Of a stretch of DNA of 64,000 nt, positions 36,015-48,576 are shown one piece after another. This stretch comes from Ramazzottius varieornatus. Taxonomy: Eukaryota > Animalia > Tardigrada. The stretch's first letter is position 1, and each line of letters starts with the position of its first letter. The stretch is taken from positions 248,001-312,000 of the forward strand of contig BDGG01000013.1 of the NCBI GenBank assembly GCA_001949185.1. The letters run 5' to 3'. Below the pieces are notes generated by a model that was not told the DNA's origin, made no database searches, and was given only the letters and a program-made list of their open reading frames with translations. A program made the translations under genes and the position numbers.

Positions 36015-38091
36015 ATGAACGGAAAGTCGGATATGCCACTGGGTGCGGTGCTGAGCGAGGGAAAGACCAAGATCGTCTACGAGCTTCCCCATCGTCCCGG
36101 CCATGTCCTGATCAAATCCAAGGACCGCATAACTGCCGGCGATGGCGCCAAATTTGACGACATGGCCGGCAAAGCTGCGATTTCAAACCAGACCGCTTCC
36201 AGTATCTTCCAGTTCCTCAACGAAGTCGGTGAGTTATTCTTAAAGAACCGGTTCTTCGTACAGTTTGCATATGGGAGCTCGACGAACAAACCCAACCCAG
36301 ATTGTTCCCCAAGTGGCGCACATTTACAGCGTTATTGGCCGCGAGCACGCGCCACTTGAGGGATGATCTGGCCGAGTTTGGTTGTTTACCAAAGCGGCGC
36401 ATGTCTTCGGTGGCATTGGCTGAACGAGTGCGCCACTTGGGGAAAAACGGACTTGTCGAGTCCGAACGTTTCTTGAGGTGCAAAAACTTTTCGTATGGTA
36501 AGGTCTAGGAAGTCAGCAGCGTTTTTATTACAGGTATTAAGAACCATTTTGTGGAACAGTACGATGACTCTTCCTTCCTCGCTCGACGATGCCACATGAT
36601 CCCCATCGAGTTCGTCACTCGCCGCCTGGCCACCGGATCCTTCCTCAAGCGCAACCCCGGCGTCCCAGAGAAACACGTGTTCAACCCGCCTCTGCTGGAG
36701 ACTTTCTTCAAGGTGGGTGCCGTTCTTCAGAAATGCAGACAATTAAATATAACCGCGACCGAAAATTAACCGAATTTCGTTGAAGGACGATGCGAACCAC
36801 GACCCACAATGGTCCAGCGAGCAGATCGTGACCGCCACTTTTGAAGACCTCAACGATAAAGACTTCAAGTTCAAGTTGTCCAGAGAGAAGCTTGACGCCG
36901 TCCTGGAAGAGACACGAGCGATCTTTGAGATCCTAGAACGAGCCTGGAAGACTCGTGACTGCACACTGGTTGACATGAAGATCGAGTTCGGCATCGACCA
37001 CGAAACCGGCAAGTCGAACCTACTTCCGGGTGATCAGCCAACCGTTTTGAACCTGACTATCCTTTGCTCTTTTCTTTCTTCAGGAGAAATCATTCTAGCT
37101 GACATCATCGACAGCGACTCTTGGCGATTGTGGCCGCAAGGTGACCGTGCAAAGATGAAGGACAAGCAAGTCTACCGAGAGATGGCACAAGTTACCCAGG
37201 AAGGCCTGTCCACCGTCAAGAAGAATTTCCAATGGATCGCCAATGAGTTACAGGTGGCATAGCCAGCAAATGTCTCCCGTCAGTTCAGGAATGATGCTGT
37301 GGCTTTTCGTAGGTCATCTTTGCACATGAAATCACCGCGGAAGCTGCGATCTTCATGGGTTCGCCAAGTGACAAGGACCACTGCGAGAAGATCAAGCAGG
37401 AAATCGCCAAGTTCGGTATCAACTCCACGTTGGTGGTCGCTTCGGCGCATAAGTCTACCGAATACACTCTTCGCAAGGCTGCTGAATTTGAAGGTACAAG
37501 TATGCCAAATCTATATGGGCGCCAAGCGCGAAAACGATAAGATTGTCTTTCCAAGTAGCGCACGTTTTCGATCAGTAACAGTGCAAAAGTGCGCCGCTTG
37601 GTCGAATTTGGTTCTGCCGAGCTCCCAGATACTTCACCCTGTCGTGGCGGACTTCCTTCCTGTTGTTTTTTTAACGGTGTTCGTTCTTTTTAGGAAAGGA
37701 TGTTCCAGTTGTTTTCGTGGCAGTGGCTGGACGCAGTAACGGTCTAGGTCCAGTCCTGTCCGGAAACGTCCTGGCTCCTGTCATTAACTGCCCACCTCCC
37801 TCTCCCGAACTGTCCGAAGATATCTGGTCCTCCCTGCGGGTCCCCACAGGTAAGCAACAGCATAATGGTTCTCGGACCGTTTTCTTTATCTCTCGCCGTA
37901 CGAAAGCAGTTCAAGTACTGACAACTTTCCCCTACCTTCCAGGGCTCGGATGTACCACCGTTCTGTACCCAGGCGCGTGTGCTTTCGCCGTTGCCAGTAT
38001 TCTCGCCTTGTCAGACTTCAAGATCTGGGCCTACTTCAAGGCTCGCCAAACTAACCAAAAGACCAGCATCATCCTGGCCAACAAGCAGTAA
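36015..38091 (+). CDS. PAICS: Bifunctional SAICAR synthetase / AIR carboxylase
   Basis: EGKTKIVY, SKDRITAGDG, IPIEFVTRRLATGSFLKRNPGV, KDDANHDP, LVDMKIEFG, DSDSWRLWP, MGSPSD, SAHK, AVAGRSNGLGPVLSGN. About 7 exons. Confidence 0.95.
36273..36465. repeat. Family A dimer (PAICS intron 1)
   Basis: gggagctcgacgaacaaac..ccaagtggcgcac..cgcgccacttgag, then aagcggcgcat..gtgcgccacttgggg..cttgtcgag. Confidence 0.85.
37517..37627. repeat. Family A copy (PAICS intron)
   Basis: aagattgtctttccaagtagcgcac..gtgcgccgcttgg..tgccgagctccc. Confidence 0.8.
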
Positions 38092-38453
38092 AGCAAACAA
38101 CACTTCTTCGACGCTGCATGATGTTATTTTTTCGCCATGCTTCCCAGCGATGTCCGTAAGAGTTTCTTTTTACTGCGTATACGTCTCATCTGATATTGTC
38201 TTATTCATCATGAAGCTTTACTGTAAGTCTGAAACAAAAGAGCCCTGGAAAGCTGAGCAGCGCCGAAAGCGAGCTGTGAAATAGTACCGTCACCAAGAAT
38301 GGCCAAAATGAATGAAATACCACTGTAAAAATATCGCACGGGGAAAACCGAGTAAACAGAAGTAAACTGAAAATTATTGGACAGGGAATGTCTCGTTTTA
38401 TATCTCATACAGCGCGGGAAAAGAACTAAGCAAGAAAAAATTACAAGGATACT

Positions 38454-41400
38454 CTAAGCTGTTGCTTTCTTAAAGGAAGCCGCGATTTCTTCCAGCAAAG
38501 GCCCAGTCAGCGCTCCATCCGCCGACTTCGCCGTCATCACCAGCTTATTCTTTCCCCCACTACCCGCCGTGAACTTGACCATCAATGCCACCCTTTGTTG
38601 CAACACCGACATGGCATGCAGTGTGGCCGAACTGGCTACTTGTTCCACCAAGAAGAACCTTCCTTGAAAGCCAATCTTGCTCAACACTTCCTCGAAGCCC
38701 ATCCCGACTTCCACACTCAAGTCTCCACTGCTATTCAGTTCACCACACTCTAACAGCATGGAGAACTCATCCACTGAAATCTGAACAGGTAAGAGGAAGG
38801 CTGAAGCAGGCAGGGCTAGCTTGAAGTCGCGCACTTCCTGCTTGGCCGTTCCACTTCCTGTCAAGTACGTCAGGCTGCCTCGTAAAGTCTGGGCTGCTGC
38901 GCTGGTACTTTTCAGGTTCAGCACCAACGTGACATTCCAGCTGGCTTTGGCGGACAACATAGAGTGTTTCACGGGCATTTCTGCACCGAGTTGGGACTGA
39001 TCGACAGACATGCCAACGCTGTCCACCACTTCGAAGGCGATGTTCCGTAAGACGCCTTCGCTCAACTTGGAAGCAAAGACAATGTTTAGGGCGATCTGCC
39101 GTGAGGCAGCATCGTACACGTAAGTGTCATATTCCACCTGGAAAACGATCGATGAGTCAGAAAACAGTCAAGCAGGTCGAGAAATAGAACAAAGCTGACT
39201 TCAGCGCGAACCTGCATACAACAGACCGTGAACAGAGCCCTAACCGGAAAAACGCAGGTACGTGCAAAAGTCGCGACCAAGTAAACGAGACTCTGGCACG
39301 GACCTGCATACAAGGAGCCACACTTCAATATAGACCGGAAGTAAGCAGGTGCGTGCAAACTGAATTTTCTCTCGTTTCGCACTTCGCTACGAGCGTAGCC
39401 CGTCTTACCTTGATGTTCTGATCTTCCAACAATGTTACGAACCGCGACACGCTTCCACTTTCTGTCATGGGTGAGGAGCCTGTCGTGGTAGGTTCTTCCA
39501 GCTCGACGCCGAAGGCTTCCTCGTAGCCTGTCTTGTCCACCACTTCCGGTGCTTCGTCGATCAGCTCTTCTTCGACAGAATGGGAACGAAGTTTGTCTCG
39601 CGTTGACTTTTTCTTCTTCTTGCCGTCTTTCTCGTCCTTCTTTAAGGTTTTTTTGACTTCCTTCTCGCTTAAAGGTTTCACATTGAGCGATTTCGGTCGT
39701 TCCTTCTCTGTTTTCGCGTTCTTCGTTGCACTTGATTGGTTAGTTGATTCGCCGTTTTCAGCCTTCTTCAGGTTCGCCACTTCCTCGTTCGAGCTCAACC
39801 AGAAACTCAAGTCATCTGCTGCGTTGATGTTCTTCTTCGTGACTTCCTCAGCCTTCAGAGGGATAGTTTCTTCCTTTACCTTGTCTTTCTCGCCCGCAAC
39901 TGCTGCCAGAGTATCGTCGATGGAAATCAACGACGGTTCTCCAGCTTCTTCCTTGCGTTTCTTTTTCTTCTCCTTCACTTCACCCCCGTCTTCTGTGCTC
40001 TTCGATGACTTCTTTTTCTTCTTCTCATCCTTTTCTTCCTTAGTTGTACGCGACCTCTTCTCCTTCTTACTTGCTACAAAAGGAAAAGAAGCGTCAGTTG
40101 ATCGTACCAAATTCCCAACGGTCGCTGTTTCAAACTATAGATTCTTGATTGGTCAAGTGGGCGGCCTCACCTGTGTCAGGCTGGCTTCTAACAGGCTCCG
40201 CCCCTCCGGTCTTCAACTGGACCGCCCTGTGCGCTCCAACGGGCAATCGTTCTTCCGGCCTCAACGGCGACTGGATATCGATGTTCAGCGCTCTGTACGG
40301 ATCATCATGGTCACTTCCGGCATCGGACAACGTGGCGCCTTCCGGCATTTCGCCCATGTCCCTGTTGACCACATGGGCCGTGACACCACCCTCGTCATCA
40401 CTGACCGTTGCGCCACTGCGTTTCTTGCTGGACTTCTTGGACTTTCGCTTGACTTCCTCATTGCGTTCCTTCTTTTGCTGTCGGAGATACCTGTCGCTGG
40501 ACGTCAGGCCGGGGATGGTACCGTCTCCAGCTGCAGTGGCTGTCTTGGGGGTCTCAGGACTGGAGAAGAGGCTGGAAGTGGGACGACTGGCTGGCTTGGT
40601 GGCTGGCTTGATGTAGTAGGGGTTGCTGGCTTGTTCCATCAAGCGCCGCTCGCGTAGTTCGGCAGTTTCTTTCTCGGTAAGACTGGGATATTCAACGCCT
40701 TCACCCTCTTCTGGAACTTCCTCTGATTGTACCTGCGACGAGAAACACCCGTTAATATACCGGAGCTCGGTAATCGAACTCGTTACGACCATCAAGACTT
40801 CAGTGATATGGGCTGACAGCGCCACTTGCAAAAGTTCGTTTGCCGAGCTATGAAAAAATAAAGCGATAAAGACACGCACACCAGTTTAGAATCAAAATCT
40901 TTCGCGTGAATTTCACTGTCAGTTTTGTGAAGGTAACGGAAGCAGAAAGAACTTACACCGAAGGCGCCTTTGTTCTTGGGAGTTTTACGTCTAACTTTCT
41001 TGAACCGTGGTGACTGCCCTTCCTCCTCGTCATCTTCTCCACTTCTTGTCTTTTCCACCGCCGGCTCGTTGATCCAAGCTTCCAAGTTCAGACCTTCCGG
41101 TACTGGAACCTTTTTCTGGGCTTGCGGTGCTACTGGGTTGAGTTCGCCAGCATACAGAGCCTGCACAGCCCCGGCTACCCTGCTTCCACTCTGCTGAAGA
41201 GCCAACGATGTCTGGACGACTTGCAGCAATGCCGAAGCCTGCAGAAACAGTCGAAATAGAGCCACACGGCCAAACAAGAGTGAAACGAACATGATTCAGT
41301 CAGCTTCAAACACCTACGTACAACGGAGCCGTGGACTCAGCGTACATCGGAAGTATGCAAGTGAGTGCAAAACCGACACACCTTGCAGAACATAGGTCCA

Positions 41401-44019
41401 CAGTATTGTACGTACCCGTTCCTGGACTTCGAGCTCAGAACTGCCGACGAAGATGTTTAGACGGTCGAGGAGGAGTTGTCCAACCGCGCTGATGATTTCG
41501 CTGTCGTCTTCCGCTTCAGCCTTGGTTATCACCTTTGAGTAGAGCTTGCCGATGTTCTGGACATAGACAGCTTGAATATGGGCTGGGAAGTGCGTCACTT
41601 TGGACTTGAGCATGGCTTCCATCGTGTCGCGCGGATCGATCAGATGCCTGCGAACCACATGGAACATTCACCTTTGTCCAAAGAACGACAAACGAAGAAG
41701 TACTTACTCGGAGAACTCTCCGCAAATCCAAGCAGCCGCCAAGAGGACTTCATGCACAGTACTCCCGTGTGCATTCAGAGGCAGCCTGTGGGCATTCTCC
41801 AGTAAAAGGGCCTGCAAGACAACAGAAATTTAGAGACTCGGTAGATAAACTCGACCAGTGGCACATGCTTTCAGTGCTACAGTACTAGCTGAGAGCACGC
41901 ACCACTTGTAAACTCAACCAGATTGCTTTCCCAAGCGGCGCATATTTTGTCACTGGCTGGAGCGTGCGCCACTTGGGAAAACAATCTTCTCGAGTCTGCC
42001 TGCCAAGATCCGATTCAGGTTCACATAACATCACAGTCGAAACATTCAAGAAAAAATCCCACTTTATTTGTACCATCTGCTGGACGATGAAATGTCGCAC
42101 AGACGAAACTCTCACGGCGACGTCCAGTAGCTGTGCGGCGATCTGACTTCCGTGATGGATGCCTTCCATCTTAGTCAGATCGACCAGAACGCTCACATAC
42201 CTGTAATGGAAAAAGTCTCGTACAAGTTCCCATTAGGAAATGGTGAACATAGTTTCTTCGTACCATTCAAAGTCGACGATGTACTGGTAGTTATTCTGCG
42301 AGCAAATATGGATGATCTTGCTCAAAAGTTCGTCGCGGTACCCCGAACCCTCCGCTTTCTCCATGTGATCCATCAATTTCTTTACGATGTCTACCAGTGT
42401 CTTCTTATTCACCATACCGTAAAGCAAGTCCAAAGCTCGGAGTCGAATGCTTTCGTCTCTGTCATCGAGACATTGCAAGATGAGGTCCTTCAGCGACAAA
42501 ACGCTCTTCGGATGCGCCTAGAAAACCAAATATAGGATCCCAAATTAAGTCACCGCAAATTTAAAACATCTCGCTGAAAAGTTCTTTTGATATTTTTATG
42601 AATTTTTTTTAATTGTCCATTGTTTATTTGCTGGATAATTTTCTTGCCTGTAGGATTTTCGACATGGCCAACAGGCCCAAATATTTCAAGTTCTGATCGG
42701 AGTCTTCAATTAATATCCTCAGTTTCTGCACACAGAGCTGTATGGACGACGTGTGGTCAGGAAGCGCCGAAGCCACAGAGAGCAGAACGGCAATAACGGT
42801 GTTGATGCATTCATACAAGAGCGACATGGCGGAAGTGGAATGAATAAGCGTCGTCAGAGGCTCGATCAGCTTCTTCCCTAGACGCGGCTCTAAGGGCGTC
42901 AGTGCGCCGAACAGCTTGATTATCTTGATCAGCATCCAGTTGTTCGTCGAGTTAGTCATCAGCTTGAAGAATGTTGGCGCGAGAGCCAGGTAGTTCTTGG
43001 GATGCTTGCGAGCAAGTTCACAAATGACGTTGACTGCGGCGGACTGAACACCTGAAAAAAATCAAAGAAAATTCGATTATTTTTCCGAATATTTTTCCTA
43101 CTGTAAATAACCTTCTGGAAAGATTTACCCACGATGCTATGACGAGAAAAATTCTAAAGTTTCGAGAACAGAAATTGTTTTTGATGTTATAAAAACTTCT
43201 CAGTGTTAGCGATGGTTGATTGAATCACCGGTGTTCTAAATTGAATGACCAACCTGGATCAGGGTCTTCCAGTTTCTCCTTCAGCCTCGCGAAGCACGGC
43301 CTGAGCGCATCAGGGTACTTAAGAAAGACTTTATACAGCAATAGTACTGCTCGTTTACGAATGTAGTATTTGGAAGAAGACATCAGGGACATGGCGTCGT
43401 TGGCTAGGTCTCTGGCGAGGTCCGTCGAGATGAAGCAGGAGAGGGCACCCAGCGCAATGCTGGCGTCGTATAAGTTGGGCGACGTGATGTCCTTGCGAAT
43501 CATGTTGGTGGTCAGCATCAGAACGTCCGTGTCTTCGGAGAAGGTTTGAGAGGCTGCCAGGTAGCCCACGCGCTTGCAGGTGAAGCGCGGGGAGGACATC
43601 ACTTCGATGATGTTGAAGGCGGCCCACGAGATGTCGTAGCCTAACATCTGCAAGTATGCTAGCTTCTCGATAGCGTTCGTCTTGACGGCAATGTTGTCTT
43701 GCTTGAGCTCTTGCTTTATTTCGTCGATACATTGTGCGATATAGCGAGCCTAAAAGAACACCACAAAGAGGTATATATTACGATTTACGATCTGCCAGAA
43801 GAACAAGTAAACTCGACAAAATTGCTTTCCTAAGCGGCGCACGTTTCCGGTGTTATTGGCTGAAAGAGTGAGTCACTTGAGAACACCACTCAATGCCACT
43901 TTCAAGCGAATTTTTACCTCGTTATCGCGATTGTTTCGAATTCCTCGAACCAAATCCGTCAAACTCTTGTCGAACAATCGCTCGATGTTCCCTTTGACTT
44001 TACGAAGGGCTAGAGCCAT
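38454..44019 (-). CDS. AP3D1: AP-3 complex subunit delta
   Basis: MALALRKVKGNIERLFDKSLTDLVRGIRN, GYDISWAAFNIIEVMSS, LKEKLEDPDPGVQSAAVNVICELARKHPKNYL, ELNPVAPQAQKKVPVPEGL, a Lys-rich hinge and a C-terminal ear. About 11 exons. Confidence 0.95.
39203..39362. repeat. Family B tandem dimer (AP3D1 last intron)
   Basis: Two ~92-bp units of (g)acctgcatacaa-N~22-accggaa..gcaggt(a/g)cgtgcaaa. Confidence 0.75.
40762..40849. repeat. Family A copy, internally deleted (AP3D1 intron)
   Basis: ggagctcggtaatcgaactcg..gcgccacttgcaaaagttcgtttgccgagct. Confidence 0.7.
41308..41375. repeat. Family B copy (AP3D1 intron)
   Basis: acctacgtacaacggagcc..atcggaagtatgcaagtgagtgcaaaac. Confidence 0.6.
41833..42010. 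repeat. Family A dimer (AP3D1 intron)
   Basis: aaactcgaccagtggcacat..cgcaccacttg, then cccaagcggcgcat..gtgcgccacttgggaaaacaatcttctcgagtctgcctgcc. Confidence 0.85.
43808..43885. repeat. Family A copy (AP3D1 intron 1)
   Basis: aaactcgacaaaattgctttcctaagcggcgcac-gtttccggtgttattggctgaaaga-gtgagtcacttgag. Confidence 0.8.
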
Positions 44020-44831
44020 GGTGTTACGACGAGGCTAGGCGATTGGGAATATCTTAGGTTGGTAACCAACCTGGAAAGACAAACGGAAGATGAACACAAA
44101 GTGGCCAAAGTCTGTGATTTATTAACGAAGCCCGGAACAGCATGAGATCCATATGGCGCCAACAAACTATTAACATCGTGGGAGAATAATCAGTGTGGGA
44201 GAACTGCAGTTGTATAATCACCAGCCATTTGCGCGGATTAATCGATAAAAGGGAACGCGTGTCAGGATTGCCAAAGATTTCACACTTACCCGTTCCGCAG
44301 CAGCTTCAGACCGATTCCTCCGGCGCACAACCAGCGTAACGTGCCTATGGAATCTCCGATCCGGACTAAGGAAATGTGGTTCATAAGCAAAGAAAACTCT
44401 CGGGTCTGGAGGCGAGACGTGTAACTTCCTCCGCAGGAAATGAATTTTACGCAATTTTCCTGGAGGGTGACCCAAGGGCAACTTTCATCACGCCCACGAC
44501 GTCACAAATTCACAAGCGTGTGTTTTACGTATTACCTACAGCTGCCGCATGTCGTCTCGCCACGTGACAATATACCGTACTATTCTGATTGCGAAGCCAC
44601 GTGCCACCTTGTTTCGTGCGCCGTAGCCTGCACCTCGAAAACGAACTTTATGAACTTCACTTTTAGAGTATTTCGTACAGTCTCTGAAACTTCTACAGTT
44701 GTTCCCGTATCAGCTAAAGACACATTGTACAATAACGGGGTCTACAAACGCCCAAAAATGGCAATGTAAGACTTACGGTAGAAATCTCCGAAAGCAAAAT
44801 TCGAAAACAGAGTGAGAAACCCGCAAGGCCC

Positions 44832-45883
44832 TCAGTGAGTACGATACTCTGGTTTCAGCTGGTAAGTACTCTTATGCTCGCCTTTGCTAACGTATTCACA
44901 ATACTCTTTCAGAACCTCTTTGAGGAAACCGACGGGTTGTTTGGTTATCTCGGCGAGATCAGGCATAGTGTAGTACTGATGCTTCTCGAAGGCGGTCATG
45001 ATGCGCTCAACAACCACCTCTCTGTCTTCTCGTAGACGCTTCTCCGGCTTGGCTTCCTTCTCCTCTCCCCGACCCTTTCGCTTCAGCTGATTATTCATGG
45101 TCGGCTTGAAGTTGTTGACCACCTTGTCGTACAGTAGAGCTGTTCGGACAGGCGTTTGGGCTTTTTTGATCTGCTCCTGCTTCATCTTCATATACTTGTC
45201 ACCGCCAGCACCCAGCGGGCGGATGTCTGCGCGACGGTTGACGAAGCCATCCATGACCAAACTTCCGGGAGCGGAACCACTTGCGTCCGTGTTGTTCTTG
45301 ACCAGGACAGCCATCTTCTGAGAAGTAAACTGGACCAGGGGTACTTCGTACTCCAGCGGAACATCTTTCTCCAAAGCACCTTCCTTTATCTGTAAGAAAA
45401 AGAGTCGACAAGGTGAGTAAATTAAACGAGCTGCGGTCAGCAAATCTACAGAAAACTGAGAAACATGCTACGGTACCGGTATCAGTATGCTTGAGGAAAC
45501 ACTGTAAGCTACAGATATAGATACAGCTGAGTCGCAAAAGATCGGCAACCGACCCAGATCAATCAGAGCATGAAATCACAACGGATAGGCAGACCACCGG
45601 TACGATTCGTGACGCCATGCGTGGATCTTCTGAACAGTGAACAAACCGGGAAACTGACTCGACAACCAACCTTGAGAACGATGGACAACTTGCTGGGGTC
45701 GGCAGCGTCTTTAGCAATACTAAGCTGCCCTATATCCTCTCTAGCAGCTTTCTCGAAGGCGACACCTAAATATTTGGGGACTTTAATGAGCCAAACCGGA
45801 CGTGTGCTGTTGCTGCAGTCCAGTTTCTGGCCAGGAGCTTCTTGAGTGGATGGAGTCGCGCTTAATGTTGGCTGCTGCGCCAT
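44832..45883 (-). CDS. GTF2F2: General transcription factor IIF subunit 2 (RAP30)
   Basis: Two exons (~45883-45671, ~45389-44832). VWLIKVPKYL and winged-helix AFEKHQYY..DL..IT.QP..FLKEVL..H.STYQLKPEY. Confidence 0.93.
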
Positions 45884-46310
45884 CTTGCTCAAAAGTCCCG
45901 TTGCACCACCAAACTTTTGTCAAGTGAATAAAGCCGTACCGCTGCGTCGTAGCGCAAGACGCAGGAAGCACTGCAATCTACGAAGCATGTCACATCAGTA
46001 AAGCACGACCAGATAAGCAAAGGGACACCCACCTCTGATGGAACACCCACTCAGCTCTCTGGACAAACAGTCTCTGGCATCACACTCTCCTAAAGGTCCA
46101 TCCGTCAGATCAAGTCCGGTCAGTCAGATCCAAAGCCACAGTCATATCGAGTTAGAAAACTTTGATGAAAACGTGCAGCTCAGAACTCTAAAGTTTGAAC
46201 TTCCTGCTGTGAAAAACCATCCGCGCTGGGAATCAGGATGTGATCCAGGGTGTAAGGGAATTTCTTTGATTCCATTCCATTCAGCGCTCAAGGGCTAGAC
46301 TGGAAATTCG

Positions 46311-46362
46311 CACAGCTGCCAGCTGACAGCTCAGTCAGCTGACTGAGCTCACTCATCAGCTG
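46311..46362. promoter_or_regulatory. CAGCTG E-box cluster with a perfect 22-bp palindrome in the GTF2F2/ZNF622 divergent promoter region
   Basis: AGCTCAGTCAGCTGACTGAGCT at 46328-46349. Four CAGCTG sites within ~50 bp. Confidence 0.5.
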
Positions 46363-46475
46363 TTTTCGTCATCACCACGCAAAAGAAGTCATCTTTCTCC
46401 TCTAGAAAAGGTCTTTCAGTTCACTTCTGCCAGATCACCATTACTGCTGTCTGGCGCGGAGATATCGTACGGTCT

Positions 46476-48431
46476 ATGCCAGGAGAAAGCCTATCGTCCA
46501 CGATTCATCCAGAAGGACAAGAACTTCCCTACACCGGACCGGAAGTTGCCATGTCGTCCCTGACAATGTCCACAGGACTTTCTACCTACTCTTGTGGCGC
46601 ATGCCGTGTTAAGTTCTCGGAACAAGCTCACTTCCAGGCTCACTTCAAGTCTGACTGGCATCGGTGAGGGAGCAATTTCTTTGGTTCATCCGAGTGAAGA
46701 GTTTTGTGTATGGTTATCGGTGAAATGTTTTAATTTCTTGCAGATATAATCTGAAGCGGAAAGTGGCCGAGTTACCCCCGATCAGCGTGGAAAGCTTCGG
46801 AGAAATTTTGAAGACGTATCAAGCCGAAGTAAGGCTTTTTTCGTGGATTTATTGTGGGATTGTGAGACCGAAAAATCGACGTGGGTTTTCAATTTTCATG
46901 TTCCCATTTTTCCTTGTAGGGCAACAAGGCCGGAGATGCCTCGGATTCAGCAGTCGATAAGCTGTACTGTAAAGTTTGCGCGAAGAGCTTCCTGAACGAA
47001 GGAAGTCACAACTCTCACCTGGAGTCGAAGAAGCATTTGGAACGGGCCAAGGTCTTTGTCGAAGGTGTCGTTGGCGATGGTGAAACGGAAGATACTGACA
47101 AGACACAGAAGGGTGCTCTTTCCATTTCCCCGTCAAAGGATGTCCTAATGGATGGTGCGGAAGCCTCCGCTTCCAACGAAGACGACTGGGAAGATGAGGG
47201 TAAACATCTTTCTCGAGACCGCAGTTCCGACACGGTCATTACTCCCGAATAGCGCACACTTTCAGCCAACAGCATCGAGGAAACTGCGCCGCTTGGCAAA
47301 ATAATTTGTCGAGTTTGTTTGCCGGGCTCCCGAAACCTGCTTTACTCTCAAACTTTTTCGTGATTTGCAGATTTTGAAGTTCCTCCTTATGACGTTACCC
47401 TGTGTCTTTTTTGCCCGAAGAAGAGTGCCAGTTTTGAAGACAGCCTAACCCACATGGTAGAGCACACGTTCTTCATTCCGGACTTTGAGTACTGCGCTGA
47501 TCCTTCCGGCCTCGTGAACTACCTTGGTAAGTGGAAAGTCCTTCATCAGTTTCGCTTTCAGAAACTGTACTTCGACTTTCTGGTGGTTATTTTCAGTAAT
47601 ATTTTGTGTCGTACAGGGCAAAAGATTACCGATGGTCACATGTGTCTGTACTGTAACCAGCAGTTCCAAGACACCACCGCGACCCACCGGCACATGGACT
47701 CCAAGGGACACCGAAAGATGAGGTACGAAGGGGATACTTTACTGGAGTATGAGGACTTCTACGACTTTTCCGCTGCTGACGAGGGCGAAGAGGGTAAAGA
47801 AGCCAAGGAAGACTTGGACGGAACTGGATACGAAATGACTCTACCTTCAGGTATACGATACCTAAAATGCTCTTGCTACTTCAGGTAGTACCAGCATACG
47901 TTAAGTTGCACAACCTCAGTGTGCGTCGGTATGCAGGTGTTTGAGAGAAAGGCTCGTCATGTACCTGCGTACGCTCGACCGTATGATCCGCACAGGAAAA
48001 AGTTGCAAGTAGATGAGCTTGTCGACTTTCGGCTTTCGTTGCACTTATTGTACTGTCTCTAACTTCCCTCCTCTGTCACAGGCGCTACGATTGGACATCG
48101 GGACTTGAATCGTTACTACAAGCAGAAGCTACGTCCCGTGAAAGACGTGGCGCTGGTCAGTCGCGTGTCTCGTCATTACAAGGCTCTGGGATGGAAGTCG
48201 GATGAGCGTAAGTACTGAATACTGGTGGTCCCCCTTTGGAAGCACTGTACGATTCTAAGGTTCACTTTTACTGACGTTTTCCTTGTGGTTGCAGAGGGAA
48301 TGGGATATGCTCGTGACATGTTGAACAAGCTGAACAAACTCAAGAAAGAACAGTTTAGTAAGAACCTACGCATCGGGATGCAGAATAACAAAATTAACAT
48401 GAAACATTACCGTCGTCAGTACGGCTTCTGA
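46476..48431 (+). CDS. ZNF622: Cytoplasmic pre-60S maturation factor ZNF622 (Rei1 homolog)
   Basis: CGAC..F..HFKSDWHRYNLKRKVAELPP, CLFC, HM..EHTFFIPD.EY..D..GL..YLG.K, L.LPSGA.IGHR.L.RYY.Q, C-terminal HYRRQ. About 7 exons. Start may be 46550. Confidence 0.93.
47213..47331. repeat. Family A copy (ZNF622 intron)
   Basis: cccgaatagcgcac..tgcgccgcttggcaaaataatttgtcgagtttgtttgccgggctccc. Confidence 0.82.
47885..48015. repeat. Family B dimer (ZNF622 intron)
   Basis: gtaccagcatac-N~28-gtatgcaggtg..gtacctgcgtac-N~30-gttgcaagtag. Confidence 0.65.
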
Positions 48432-48576
48432 GCTCTTTTTGAGGTTTTCCATGGATATTCAGAGGGTCAGAATTTTGGCCTGAAGAACTATGGTGTGAAG
48501 GGTTCTGACTTTACTTGGTTTTAGGGAGCGTTGTATTCTGTACTTGGATATTTCGAGGTGATGATGATTCCGGAAG

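Noticed and set aside
36229-36532. Family A as an introner (intron-creating element)
   Set aside because: Copies lie inside introns with unrelated flanks, and splice sites are not supplied by the repeat.
36015-38091. PAICS or NUDT2 as horizontally acquired bacterial genes
   Set aside because: The fused PurC-PurE architecture and the introns are typical of animals.
39203-39362. Repeat-spacer pattern of families A/B as a CRISPR array
   Set aside because: The repeats are inverted pairs, only 1-3 units, degenerate, in eukaryotic introns, and no cas genes are present.
39533-40657. 374-aa plus-strand ORF
   Set aside because: It is the antisense shadow of Lys/Glu-rich AP3D1 exons (Phe/Ser-rich).
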